From Tannockella kyphosi (GTDB taxonomy: Bacteria; Bacillota_I; Bacilli_A; Erysipelotrichales; Coprobacillaceae), in assembly GCF_021054785.1 (NCBI RefSeq), contig NZ_CP088239.1:300001-332000 (forward strand): DNA of 32,000 nt, written 5' to 3'. The notes below the pieces were generated by a model, which saw nothing but the letters and a program-made list of their open reading frames with translations, made no database searches and was not told the DNA's origin. Shown piece by piece: positions 16,399-24,753 of the stretch. A program made the position numbers and the translations under genes. Each line of letters begins with the position of its first letter. Within the stretch, counting starts at the first letter, position 1.

Positions 16399-17246
16399 GA
16401 AAGTTCTCAAGAGTATATATTGAAATAACAAATAGTTGTAATTTAAGTTGTAGTTTTTGTGTTCAAAACAAACGTACTCCTAGAATTCTATCAGTAGCAG
16501 AGTTTCAGGAAATTATTTATAAATTAAAAGGACATACTAAAAATGTTTATTTACATGTTTTAGGAGAACCTTTAATGCATCCATTTTTAGAAGAAATATT
16601 AGAGATATGTAAACAACAAGAAATGGCAGTTCATATTACTACGAATGGAACCTTATTAAAGAAACAAATTGATCTATTGTTAAATTCGAAAGCAATACGC
16701 AAGATAAGTGTTTCTTTGCATAGTTTAGAACAAGGGGATAATCAAGAATATTATCGTGAAGTAATTGAATTTGCTTTAGAAGCAAGTAAACAAAATATTT
16801 TTTGTGAGTTACGTTTATGGAATATGGGAGTTATTTCTTTAGATAATACACCAGCTCTTCAAGAGATTGTTGAATTATTGTCATTAGATCAAATAACTTT
16901 ACAAGAGTTATTAGAGAATATGAATGAGGTAGGGAATACTACGTTGTTACCAAAGTTGTTTTTAGGCAAACAAGCAAGGTTTGTTTGGCCAAGTTTAGAA
17001 TTAGATGTTATTGATAAACCAATATTTTGTCATGGATTAAGAAGTCAAGTTGCTATTTTGGTAGATGGTAGTGTTGTACCATGTTGTTTAGATAGTAAAG
17101 GAGATATGACATTAGGTAATATTTTTCATCAATCATTGGAGGAAATTGTTACTAATCAAGTAGCACAATCTATTTATGATGGCTTTTCAAAAAGAGAAGC
17201 AGTAATGGAATTATGTAAAAGATGCCAGTATGCCACTAGATTTTAA
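16395..17246 (+). CDS. Radical SAM protein with a partial SPASM/twitch C-terminal domain
   Basis: It has a CxxxCxxC cluster (CNLSCSFC), GEPLMHP and ITTNGTLL. The C-terminal region reads C-x12-G-x4-CC ... CKRC. Its ATG overlaps the upstream TGA (ATGA). Confidence 0.8.
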   Translation: MRKFSRVYIEITNSCNLSCSFCVQNKRTPRILSVAEFQEIIYKLKGHTKNVYLHVLGEPLMHPFLEEILEICKQQEMAVHITTNGTLLKKQIDLLLNSKAIRKISVSLHSLEQGDNQEYYREVIEFALEASKQNIFCELRLWNMGVISLDNTPALQEIVELLSLDQITLQELLENMNEVGNTTLLPKLFLGKQARFVWPSLELDVIDKPIFCHGLRSQVAILVDGSVVPCCLDSKGDMTLGNIFHQSLEEIVTNQVAQSIYDGFSKREAVMELCKRCQYATRF

Positions 17247-17358
17247 TGTGACACTTATGTTAGAAAATTGCATGTTATGTTCAGTTTATGAAATGTTCAT
17301 AAACTCGACAAATAAATGTGATACAATGTTAGAAATCATTAGAAATTGAGGTGTAATA

Positions 17359-18375
17359 ATGAAGGTAAAATTATATTTTGGAGCTCCAGATAAAATTAGT
17401 CATTCAGGAATTGGGAGAGCTTTTGTACATCAAAAAAGAGCACTTGATCTAGCGGGTGTTGATTATATAACACATGAAGATCAAGATATGGATTACGATA
17501 TTTTGCATATTAATACTGTTTTACCAGATAGTTTTCCAGAAATCATTCATGCTAAAATGAATGGTAAAAAAGTAATCTATCATGCCCATAGTACGGAAGA
17601 AGATTTTCGTAATTCTTTTCTTTTTTCGAATGCTTTGTCAGGGATATTTAAAAGATGGTTGGTTTTTTTGTATTCAAAAGCAGATTATATTTTAACACCA
17701 ACACCATATTCAAAATCTTTATTAACAAGCTATCAATTAGAAAAACCAATAAAAGCTATTTCTAATGGAATAGATTTGGAGGAGTATACTCCAACAAAAA
17801 TACAAATAGAACAATTTAATCAAAAATATCAAATAAACCAAGATGATATCGTAATTATTAGTGTTGGTTGGCTTTTTGAAAGAAAAGGATTTGATACTTT
17901 TATAGAAGTAGCAAAATTATTACCAAACTATAAATTCTTTTGGTTTGGAGATGTTGAAAAATCAAGACCTACTTTTAAGATTCAAATGTTAATTAATCAT
18001 TTGCCACCAAATGTTATCTTACCAGGATATGTGGATGGAAATATCATTAAAGGAGCTTATGGTCGTTCGAATATATTTTTCTTTCCTTCTAGAGAAGAAA
18101 CAGAAGGAATTGTTGTATTAGAAGCACTTGCAAGTAAGTGTGATGTTCTTTTACGTGATATACCTGTTTTTGATCCATGGTTAGAAAATGGAAGAGATTG
18201 TTACAAAGCGAGTGATGAACAAGGATTTGTAGAAATGATCCAAAAAATGATACATGAAGAGGTACCTAGTCTAATTGAAAATGGATATCAAGTAGCAAAA
18301 GAACGTCAATTGGATATTATTGGTCAAGAATTATTGGATGTATATACAGAAGTTTTAGAGATGGAAACAGAATAA
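17359..18375 (+). CDS. GT4 glycosyltransferase, CpoA/LafB/alDGS-like. It is a candidate diglycosyl-diacylglycerol synthase.
   Basis: 338 aa with a GT-B fold. The C-terminal half has ERKGFD...FPSREETEGIVVLEALA (EX7E-type motif). It lacks the PxxSG N-terminus of the MGS type. It lies in the same locus as an MGS-like GT4. Confidence 0.6.
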   Translation: MKVKLYFGAPDKISHSGIGRAFVHQKRALDLAGVDYITHEDQDMDYDILHINTVLPDSFPEIIHAKMNGKKVIYHAHSTEEDFRNSFLFSNALSGIFKRWLVFLYSKADYILTPTPYSKSLLTSYQLEKPIKAISNGIDLEEYTPTKIQIEQFNQKYQINQDDIVIISVGWLFERKGFDTFIEVAKLLPNYKFFWFGDVEKSRPTFKIQMLINHLPPNVILPGYVDGNIIKGAYGRSNIFFFPSREETEGIVVLEALASKCDVLLRDIPVFDPWLENGRDCYKASDEQGFVEMIQKMIHEEVPSLIENGYQVAKERQLDIIGQELLDVYTEVLEMETE

Positions 18376-19385
18376 TGAAGTCAGTACGTAGTTATTTTAT
18401 TAATTTTTTTGTTGTTTTTATAGGTGGTTTTACTGCTTTTTACTTTGTTACCAAAGAGAATTTTAATGAGGTTATCGATACTATTGTTTCTATGAATGGT
18501 TGGGGTGTTGTTTTATGCTTTGCTATGATGATGATCTATTATTGTTTGGATGGAGCTATTTTATATGTGTTTGGGAAGTTATATCATAAACAATATCGAT
18601 ATCATCAAGCTTTGAAGAATAGTTTTGTCGGTGCTTTTTGGAGTGGTGTTACCCCTTTTTCTAGTGGCGGACAATTTAGCCAAGTATACTTGTTTGATAA
18701 ACAAGGGATAGCCCCTGTTTTTTCATCAGGTATTTTAATTATGGCTTTTATTGTTTATCAGAGTGTTTTAGTTTTGTTTACAACAGTTGTTTTTATTTTT
18801 CGTTTTTCATATTTGAAGGAGCTATATGCTGGTTTTCTTTCTTTGGCTCTTATAGGGTTTATTGTGAATGTGATGGTGATAGGGGGATTACTTTTAGGAG
18901 CAACATCAAAAAGATTCCAAGATTTTCTATGTAATGGTTGTCTTTATTTGCTTTATAGAATAAAAGTTATTAAGAATTATGAAGATAAAAAAGCAGAGAT
19001 GCTTTATAAATTAGGAGAGTTTCGTAAAGAATTAAATATACTTAAAAAAAATATAAAAATATTGTTATTTACATCTTTTTTAAATATATGTAAGTTGTTT
19101 ATTATTTATAGTTTGCCTTATTTTATTGTTTGTGCTTTGCATATTTCTATTTCATGGATAGAATTGTTTCATTTTATAACAATAAGTGCAACTATTTATT
19201 TAATTACCGCTTTTATTCCGATTCCGGGATCTAGTGGTGGTAGTGAGGGTTTTTTCTTAGTAATGTTTATGTCTACCATAGGATTAGCAACACCTGCTGT
19301 TTTACTGGTATGGAGATTTATGACTTATTATTTAGGATTGATAATAGGCGGATTTCTATTTTTTGGGTTAAGAAAAAATAATTAG
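18375..19385 (+). CDS. UPF0104 / MprF-flippase-like (lysyl-PG synthase TM region-like) membrane protein
   Basis: 336 aa with about 8 TM helices. It has a Gly-rich IPIPGSSGGSEG motif in a late helix, typical of the flippase-like LPG_synthase_TM family. Its ATG overlaps the upstream TAA (ATAATG). Confidence 0.65.
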   Translation: MKSVRSYFINFFVVFIGGFTAFYFVTKENFNEVIDTIVSMNGWGVVLCFAMMMIYYCLDGAILYVFGKLYHKQYRYHQALKNSFVGAFWSGVTPFSSGGQFSQVYLFDKQGIAPVFSSGILIMAFIVYQSVLVLFTTVVFIFRFSYLKELYAGFLSLALIGFIVNVMVIGGLLLGATSKRFQDFLCNGCLYLLYRIKVIKNYEDKKAEMLYKLGEFRKELNILKKNIKILLFTSFLNICKLFIIYSLPYFIVCALHISISWIELFHFITISATIYLITAFIPIPGSSGGSEGFFLVMFMSTIGLATPAVLLVWRFMTYYLGLIIGGFLFFGLRKNN

Positions 19386-19401
19386 CTTGATTTTAATTCC
19401 A

Positions 19402-19410
19402 TGTTATAAT
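19402..19410 (+). promoter_or_regulatory. Perfect extended -10 element (TGtTATAAT) upstream of the orphan gene
   Basis: TG lies at 19402-19403 and TATAAT at 19405-19410, about 30 nt before ATG 19440. No convincing -35 element is found at 17 nt. Confidence 0.45.
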
Positions 19411-19439
19411 AAGAGTGCTAAAACATTAGGGGAAAAGAA

Positions 19440-20489
19440 ATGAGAACAGAATTAGAAGAGTATTGTCAAAAAAAGATAAGTGTTCAAGCTATTTTTCATC
19501 ATTTTGGCTATACACGTAAAAATGGTGTTAGTATTTTGTTAAATCAAGTGAAGGTTGATGAGAAATTATTGTGTGAACATGTTTGGATTGCCTATCAAGA
19601 GGAGTTTCAATTATTGAATATATCGAATGGAACGCTTTTAGAATTTGATGCTAATGTAACCCGATATCAAAAGAGTACAGGATATGATTATGGTTTTTTT
19701 GATATTCATAATATAAAAGTAGTAGGTCAATGTGATGATGAATTAGTGATTGATAGTGTTGGATTTTATTCTTTTCCTATAAAAAAGCATCAAGCAGTTT
19801 GGCAAAGTATTAAAGGTGAAAAGCAAGTTTTTTTACATGATGAAACTAGGGAAATACAACAGGATATTCATATTTTAAGTGATGATCAAATAGATATTGA
19901 GTTATATAAGATAAAAGAGTATGGAGTTATTGAGTTTGTATGGCGTATTAAAAGAGAGAATCGATGGAATAAAGGGGCTATGTTTAATCCTATTAAATAT
20001 GGTCAAGCAATTATGGTTTATAGTAATTATTTAATTTATTTACCAGAATCTATTTATTTTGAGTTAAAAGATTTTTATTTTAAAGTATACTATAGTAAAA
20101 CAAATATTCATTTACCTTATCTTCATGAAACAAGATATTATCAAAAACCTAAAAAGTTTAAAGATAGAAAAGTTATTTTTTATGATCATAATCAAAAATT
20201 AATTGAAGATAAAGAATGGATTCAAAAAAGAGAGTATATCTATTATGAATTAGAAAATATTTTAAAAACAATGGAAGAGAAAGATATTGATGCAATATAT
20301 GATTTTGTTTATCATACGAATGTACATATCAAAGCTTATTATTCTAATACAAGTGCTTATTTTATGCAAAGGGATTATTTAATCAATAAGACAATGAATT
20401 GCTTTCGAAGTGCATCTATTGATGAGAAAAGAAAGTATATTGAATATATGGAAAATTATTTAAAAGTAGTACAAACAATGGAGGGATAG
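19440..20489 (+). CDS. Hypothetical cytoplasmic protein (349 aa, K/E/Y-rich) with no family recognised
   Basis: It is a long uninterrupted ORF with an RBS (GGGGAAAAG) and no TM helix or signal peptide. It ends 1 nt before the next gene, whose RBS (GGAGGGA) lies inside its last codons. Confidence 0.6.
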   Translation: MRTELEEYCQKKISVQAIFHHFGYTRKNGVSILLNQVKVDEKLLCEHVWIAYQEEFQLLNISNGTLLEFDANVTRYQKSTGYDYGFFDIHNIKVVGQCDDELVIDSVGFYSFPIKKHQAVWQSIKGEKQVFLHDETREIQQDIHILSDDQIDIELYKIKEYGVIEFVWRIKRENRWNKGAMFNPIKYGQAIMVYSNYLIYLPESIYFELKDFYFKVYYSKTNIHLPYLHETRYYQKPKKFKDRKVIFYDHNQKLIEDKEWIQKREYIYYELENILKTMEEKDIDAIYDFVYHTNVHIKAYYSNTSAYFMQRDYLINKTMNCFRSASIDEKRKYIEYMENYLKVVQTMEG

Positions 20490-20490
20490 T

Positions 20491-22479
20491 ATGAAAGTAG
20501 CGTTGTTTTCTGACACATATATGCCAGATATTAATGGGGTAGCAACCTCAACAAGAATATTACATAATGAACTTGTGAAAAAAGGACATGAGGTAATGAT
20601 AGTGACAAGTGAATTGCCACAAGATAGTGATTATGTGGATGATCCTAGTGAAAATATTTTACGAGTACCGGGGATTGAGATTCAAAGGTTATATGGTTAT
20701 CGTGCTGCTAATATTTTTTCTTATAAAGGGATGAAAGAGTTAAAACAATTTGGAGTACAAGTTATTCATTGTCAGACAGAATTTGGGGTTGGTGTTTTTA
20801 GTAGATTAGCTGCCGAAGTGTTAGATGTTCCTATTGTTTATACGTATCATACAATGTGGGCTGATTATTCTCATTATTTATTACCAATAAAATCAAATGC
20901 AGTAGATGGAATCTTGAAGAAGATGATTTATCGTTTTAGTAAATTATGTGGTTCTCGTTGTACTGAATTGATAGTACCTTCTTCTAAAACATCAGAAGCT
21001 TTAGAAGAATATGGTATTCATAAAACAATGCATATTATTCCAACAGGATTGGAATTAGATAAGTTTGATCCTAAAAATAGTGATCCACAAATAATCGAAC
21101 AATTGAAAAGAGAGTATGCTTTAGAAGATAAGTTTGTTATTACGTTTTTAGGACGTATTGCTAAAGAAAAAAGCATTGATATGATTATCGATGCTACTAA
21201 AATTATTGCAAAAAGCAGAAATGATTTTAAGGTGATGATTGTTGGTGGAGGACCTTCTTTAGAAGAATTAAAAGAAAAGGTAAGTAAAGATGGTTTAGAA
21301 GAATTTGTGGTATTTACAGGACCAAAACCACCAAAATTAGTTCCATCTCATTATCATTTATCAAATGTTTTTGCTTCTGCTTCTTTGTCAGAAACACAGG
21401 GACTTACTTTTATTGAGGCAATGGCTAGTGGGATACCAGCATTGGCTAGAAGAGATAAGAATCTAGAGGATGTTATTATTGATGGTAGAAATGGTTACTT
21501 TTTTGAAGATGAAGATGACTTAGCTAAAATAGTTTTAGGTTTGATGGAGAGTGATACTAGTGTTCTAAATCAACAAGCCTATCAAGATGCGATGCAATAC
21601 AGTAGTGATATCTTTGGTCAAAAGGTACTAGATGTTTATAAATTAGCACAACAAAATAAAGAGTACTTGTATACTATCAAAGATATTCATCCTTCTAAAA
21701 ATCAATACTATGATGTTGTTGTAAAATCAGAGGCTAGTGAAATAGTGGTAGAAGTATCTAATCGTGTTATTGAAAACTTGATGCTTTCGATTGGGGATAC
21801 GGTAGATCGTGAAGTATATGATCGATTAATTGAAGAGGAGAAAGTAGCTTCTGCTTATCAAAGAGCTTTAAAATATTTGAGTTATAAAGATTATAGTGCA
21901 GGGCAACTGCGTAAGAAATTAGTGTATTTAGAAGACTATGATGATTGTCAATTAGATAAAACAATGGAATTATTAAAAGAAAAAAATCTAATTAATGATG
22001 AAGCATTTACAATGCATTATTTAAGACGTGCTATTCGTTTAGAAATGGGTTTAAATAAAGCTGTTTATAATTTAATTAATTTAGATATTCCTCGTGATGT
22101 AATTGATCGTTGTATATTAGAATTAGAAGATGATGAAGAGTATCAAGCAGCTTTATGTGCTATTGAATCAGTTGTTAGTAAAAGTAAAAGTGTTAGCTTT
22201 AGAGCAACATTAAAGAAGTCTAGAGATAAATTATATTTAGGTGGATTCCGTAGTGATACGATTGAAAGAGCACTTCAAGATTATGATTTCCATTTTGATC
22301 AAGAAGAAGAAATAGCTGCTTTAAATAAAGATTATGACAAATTATTTACAAAATATCGTCGTAAAGTAAATAATAAAGAGTTAATGAATAAAGTAGTTGA
22401 TTCATTATTAAAAAAAGGTTATAACTATGAAGATATAAAAATAGTTATAGAAGAAAGAGAGGATCAACGAAGTGAATAA
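20491..22479 (+). CDS. In-frame fusion of an N-terminal GT4 monoglycosyl-diacylglycerol-synthase-like glycosyltransferase (aa 1 to about 388) and a C-terminal full-length long-form RecX (aa about 391-662)
   Basis: The N-terminal part has ALFSDTYMPDINGVATS, GRIAKEKSI and SLSETQGLTFIEAMASG, which are hallmarks shared with Acholeplasma alMGS and streptococcal alpha-MGlcDAG synthases. The C-terminal part has YTIKDI...VVVEVS...(beta module)...AYQRALKYLSYKDYSAGQLRKKL...NLINDEAFTMHYLRRAI plus further helical repeats. This matches the layout of Bacillus-type RecX. The reading frame is continuous with no stop, RBS or ATG at the junction (21661). Confidence 0.75.
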   Translation: MKVALFSDTYMPDINGVATSTRILHNELVKKGHEVMIVTSELPQDSDYVDDPSENILRVPGIEIQRLYGYRAANIFSYKGMKELKQFGVQVIHCQTEFGVGVFSRLAAEVLDVPIVYTYHTMWADYSHYLLPIKSNAVDGILKKMIYRFSKLCGSRCTELIVPSSKTSEALEEYGIHKTMHIIPTGLELDKFDPKNSDPQIIEQLKREYALEDKFVITFLGRIAKEKSIDMIIDATKIIAKSRNDFKVMIVGGGPSLEELKEKVSKDGLEEFVVFTGPKPPKLVPSHYHLSNVFASASLSETQGLTFIEAMASGIPALARRDKNLEDVIIDGRNGYFFEDEDDLAKIVLGLMESDTSVLNQQAYQDAMQYSSDIFGQKVLDVYKLAQQNKEYLYTIKDIHPSKNQYYDVVVKSEASEIVVEVSNRVIENLMLSIGDTVDREVYDRLIEEEKVASAYQRALKYLSYKDYSAGQLRKKLVYLEDYDDCQLDKTMELLKEKNLINDEAFTMHYLRRAIRLEMGLNKAVYNLINLDIPRDVIDRCILELEDDEEYQAALCAIESVVSKSKSVSFRATLKKSRDKLYLGGFRSDTIERALQDYDFHFDQEEEIAALNKDYDKLFTKYRRKVNNKELMNKVVDSLLKKGYNYEDIKIVIEEREDQRSE

Positions 22480-23434
22480 AATAAAAGAATTAAAAGCAGG
22501 TCAAGAAGGTGTTTTGATAGAAGCTTTAATTATAAATGTAGTAACAGGGAAAACAAATGGAGCAAATCGTTCAACTTATTTAAGTTTAGCATTGCAAGAT
22601 GATACAGGATCAATTGATGCTAAGCTTTGGGCTGCAACCCAAGAACAAGTGGATACGATTGTAACTGGTAGTGTTGTTCAAATAAAAGGGGATATTATTA
22701 AATACAATGATGATCGTCAAATGAAAGTAATTAAATTAGTGATTCTTTCAAAAGATCCTCAAGAACAAGTTAAATATTTAAAAAGTGCACCAGAAAGTAA
22801 AGATGTATTAGTGGAAGAAATATTTGAAACGATGAGAAATATTGAAAATGTTACTTTACGTAATATTGTTGGTATTTTATGTACAGAACATAAAGATCAA
22901 TTAGAAATCTATCCTGCGGCAAGTAAAAATCATCATGAATATGTTTCAGGATTAGTTCATCATACAGTTTCTATGTTGCGATTAGCAAAATCAATCTGTG
23001 CTTTATATCCAAGTATTGATAGTGATTTATTATATTCAGGGATTATTTTACATGACTTAGGTAAGATTGTGGAGTTAAGTGGACCAGTTCTACCAGAATA
23101 TACATTAGAAGGTAAACTATTAGGGCATATTTCTATTAGTCAAGCAATGATTAAACAAGTAGCAGATAACCATCATTTATTTGGAGAAGAAGTTACACTG
23201 TTACAACATATGATATTATCTCATCATGGTAAACTAGAATTTGGTTCTCCAGTAGTACCACTAATAAAAGAAGCAGAAGTGTTAAGTTTTATTGATAATT
23301 TAGATGCTAGAATTAATATGCTTGATAAAGCATTAGATTTAATAGAACCTGGAGAAAACACGAAACGTGTATTCTCATTAGAAAACCGTAGTTTCTATAA
23401 ACCAAAATTTAATCAAAAAGAAAACGACGAGTAG
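22472..23434 (+). CDS. yhaM: 3-prime-5-prime exoribonuclease YhaM (OB-fold plus HD domain)
   Basis: It has an N-terminal OB fold (G...YLSLALQDDTGSIDAKLW) and an HD domain (HHEYVSGLVHHT...ILHDLGK...SHHGKLEFGSP). The GTG start overlaps the upstream gene by 8 nt. Confidence 0.85.
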   Translation: MNKIKELKAGQEGVLIEALIINVVTGKTNGANRSTYLSLALQDDTGSIDAKLWAATQEQVDTIVTGSVVQIKGDIIKYNDDRQMKVIKLVILSKDPQEQVKYLKSAPESKDVLVEEIFETMRNIENVTLRNIVGILCTEHKDQLEIYPAASKNHHEYVSGLVHHTVSMLRLAKSICALYPSIDSDLLYSGIILHDLGKIVELSGPVLPEYTLEGKLLGHISISQAMIKQVADNHHLFGEEVTLLQHMILSHHGKLEFGSPVVPLIKEAEVLSFIDNLDARINMLDKALDLIEPGENTKRVFSLENRSFYKPKFNQKENDE

Positions 23435-23446
23435 TCGTTTTCTTTT
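23421..23446. terminator. Bidirectional terminator between the convergent yhaM and hit genes
   Basis: Stem aaacgac (23422-23428), loop gagta, stem gtcgttt (23434-23440), with A-rich and T-rich flanks. Confidence 0.6.
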
Positions 23447-23846
23447 ATTTTAACTTATTTAATAGATCATCTAAATCAATATCATCCAAACGTTTTTCAA
23501 AATTAACGATAAAACCATCATTTTCATTAAAACGAGGAATGATATGGAAATGGAAGTGCATCACTGTTTGACCTGCTATTTCTCCTGCATTAGTTAGAAT
23601 ATTTATACCGGATGCTTGCAAGGCATCTTTTATTTTGTTTGCAAGTGCTTTGGTAACAAGAGTCATATGCGTTAATACTTCATCATCTACTTCTAAAAAA
23701 TTAGCTGCATGAGTTTTAGGGATTACCAAAGTATGACCATTCGTTACTTGACTTAAATCTAAAAAAGCAATACATTTATCATCTTCATAAATAATTTTCC
23801 CAGGAATTTCATGATTTGCGATTTTACAAAAAATACAATTTGACAT
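23445..23846 (-). CDS. hit: HIT family (histidine triad) nucleotide hydrolase
   Basis: 133 aa with CIFCKI...G and the triad HFHFHIIPR. Confidence 0.9.
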   Translation of the reverse strand: MSNCIFCKIANHEIPGKIIYEDDKCIAFLDLSQVTNGHTLVIPKTHAANFLEVDDEVLTHMTLVTKALANKIKDALQASGINILTNAGEIAGQTVMHFHFHIIPRFNENDGFIVNFEKRLDDIDLDDLLNKLK

Positions 23847-23873
23847 AATAAAATCCTCCTAAAACAACTTTAC

Positions 23874-23904
23874 CATAAAAAAAAGGATAAGGGAAACCTT
23901 ATCC
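23874..23904 (-). terminator. Hairpin and T-run at the end of the lipoprotein genes
   Basis: Stem ggataagg (23885-23892), loop gaaa, stem ccttatcc (23897-23904). On the minus strand it is followed by T8. The TAA stop (23901-23899) lies inside the stem. Confidence 0.55.
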
Positions 23905-24753
23905 TACATAATCAGTATTATACTCTTCTATTTCTTCACGAATAATACCTTCATATACACTAAACTCATAAGTAGTTAAATAATGAACTTCACTAAGAGT
24001 TACAACATCAGATATATATAATAATGTATCTGTAACATCAGCTACATAATCAGTTAAATCTGTATTATAAACATATACTAAAGCATAAGTACCAGTACTT
24101 GTTAAAATTGCATCTGAGTATAAACCATCAGCAGTAAAGCTATCTAATTTAGCAACTATGTTTTCATCAATATAACTTTGATTTGTAATAATTCCATAAT
24201 CACTACCTTCATACTCTTCCACTAAAGCATCGAAAGCATCTACATCTGTTGTTTCACTAATTAAAGTTAAAGCACTAGATTCTGTATCTACTTCTACTAC
24301 TTTTAAATATTTAACTTGATAATCTTCTACTAATTGATCGAAATTTTCACCAATATATTTTTGTGTTAATAAAGAATTCATAGCACTTGAAGTAATAACT
24401 TCTTCAATATAAGTATCGCCATCAGGATATCCTAGATAAACAGCATATTCATCAATTGTCATTGACATATATGTTTCATAATCAACCACTAAAGAATCAA
24501 TTGCTTCTTGAATAGCATCTTCATCTGTGATTTCACACTGAGCAATATATAATAAAGCTTCTTCTAAAACAGTACCAGCTCCATAACTTTCTAATAAATA
24601 ATAATAAATGTCATCATAAGTAATTGTAACTCCCTCACCACTTACTACAACACCATCACCATCAGGTAATGAAGTAATATAACTTGCTTCACTAGCGCTT
24701 GTACACCCTACAAGAAGAATGGCGGCAAGTAATAATGTTAATAATTTTCTCAT
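23899..24753 (-). CDS. Acidic lipoprotein, a distant PrsA-like paralog with a degenerate parvulin-like C-terminal half
   Basis: The signal peptide has the lipobox LLVGC. The mature part is D/E/Y-rich. The C-terminal segment YLKVVEV...DAILTSTGTYALVYV aligns by eye to the parvulin beta-alpha-beta layout of the upstream paralog. Confidence 0.55.
   Translation of the reverse strand: MRKLLTLLLAAILLVGCTSASEASYITSLPDGDGVVVSGEGVTITYDDIYYYLLESYGAGTVLEEALLYIAQCEITDEDAIQEAIDSLVVDYETYMSMTIDEYAVYLGYPDGDTYIEEVITSSAMNSLLTQKYIGENFDQLVEDYQVKYLKVVEVDTESSALTLISETTDVDAFDALVEEYEGSDYGIITNQSYIDENIVAKLDSFTADGLYSDAILTSTGTYALVYVYNTDLTDYVADVTDTLLYISDVVTLSEVHYLTTYEFSVYEGIIREEIEEYNTDYVG

Noticed and set aside
17284-17304. 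9-bp stem and 3-nt loop hairpin (gtttatgaa-atg-ttcataaac) after the radical SAM gene, considered as a terminator or riboswitch element
   Set aside because: The stem is made of A-T pairs except for a single G-C. No T-run follows it, and there is no conserved riboswitch-like structure in the 112-nt spacer. At most it is a weak terminator. A TGaTACAAT extended -10 element follows at 17319-17327.
21767-21964. 65-aa minus-strand ORF
   Set aside because: It is antisense within the RecX portion of the fusion gene and has no start context.
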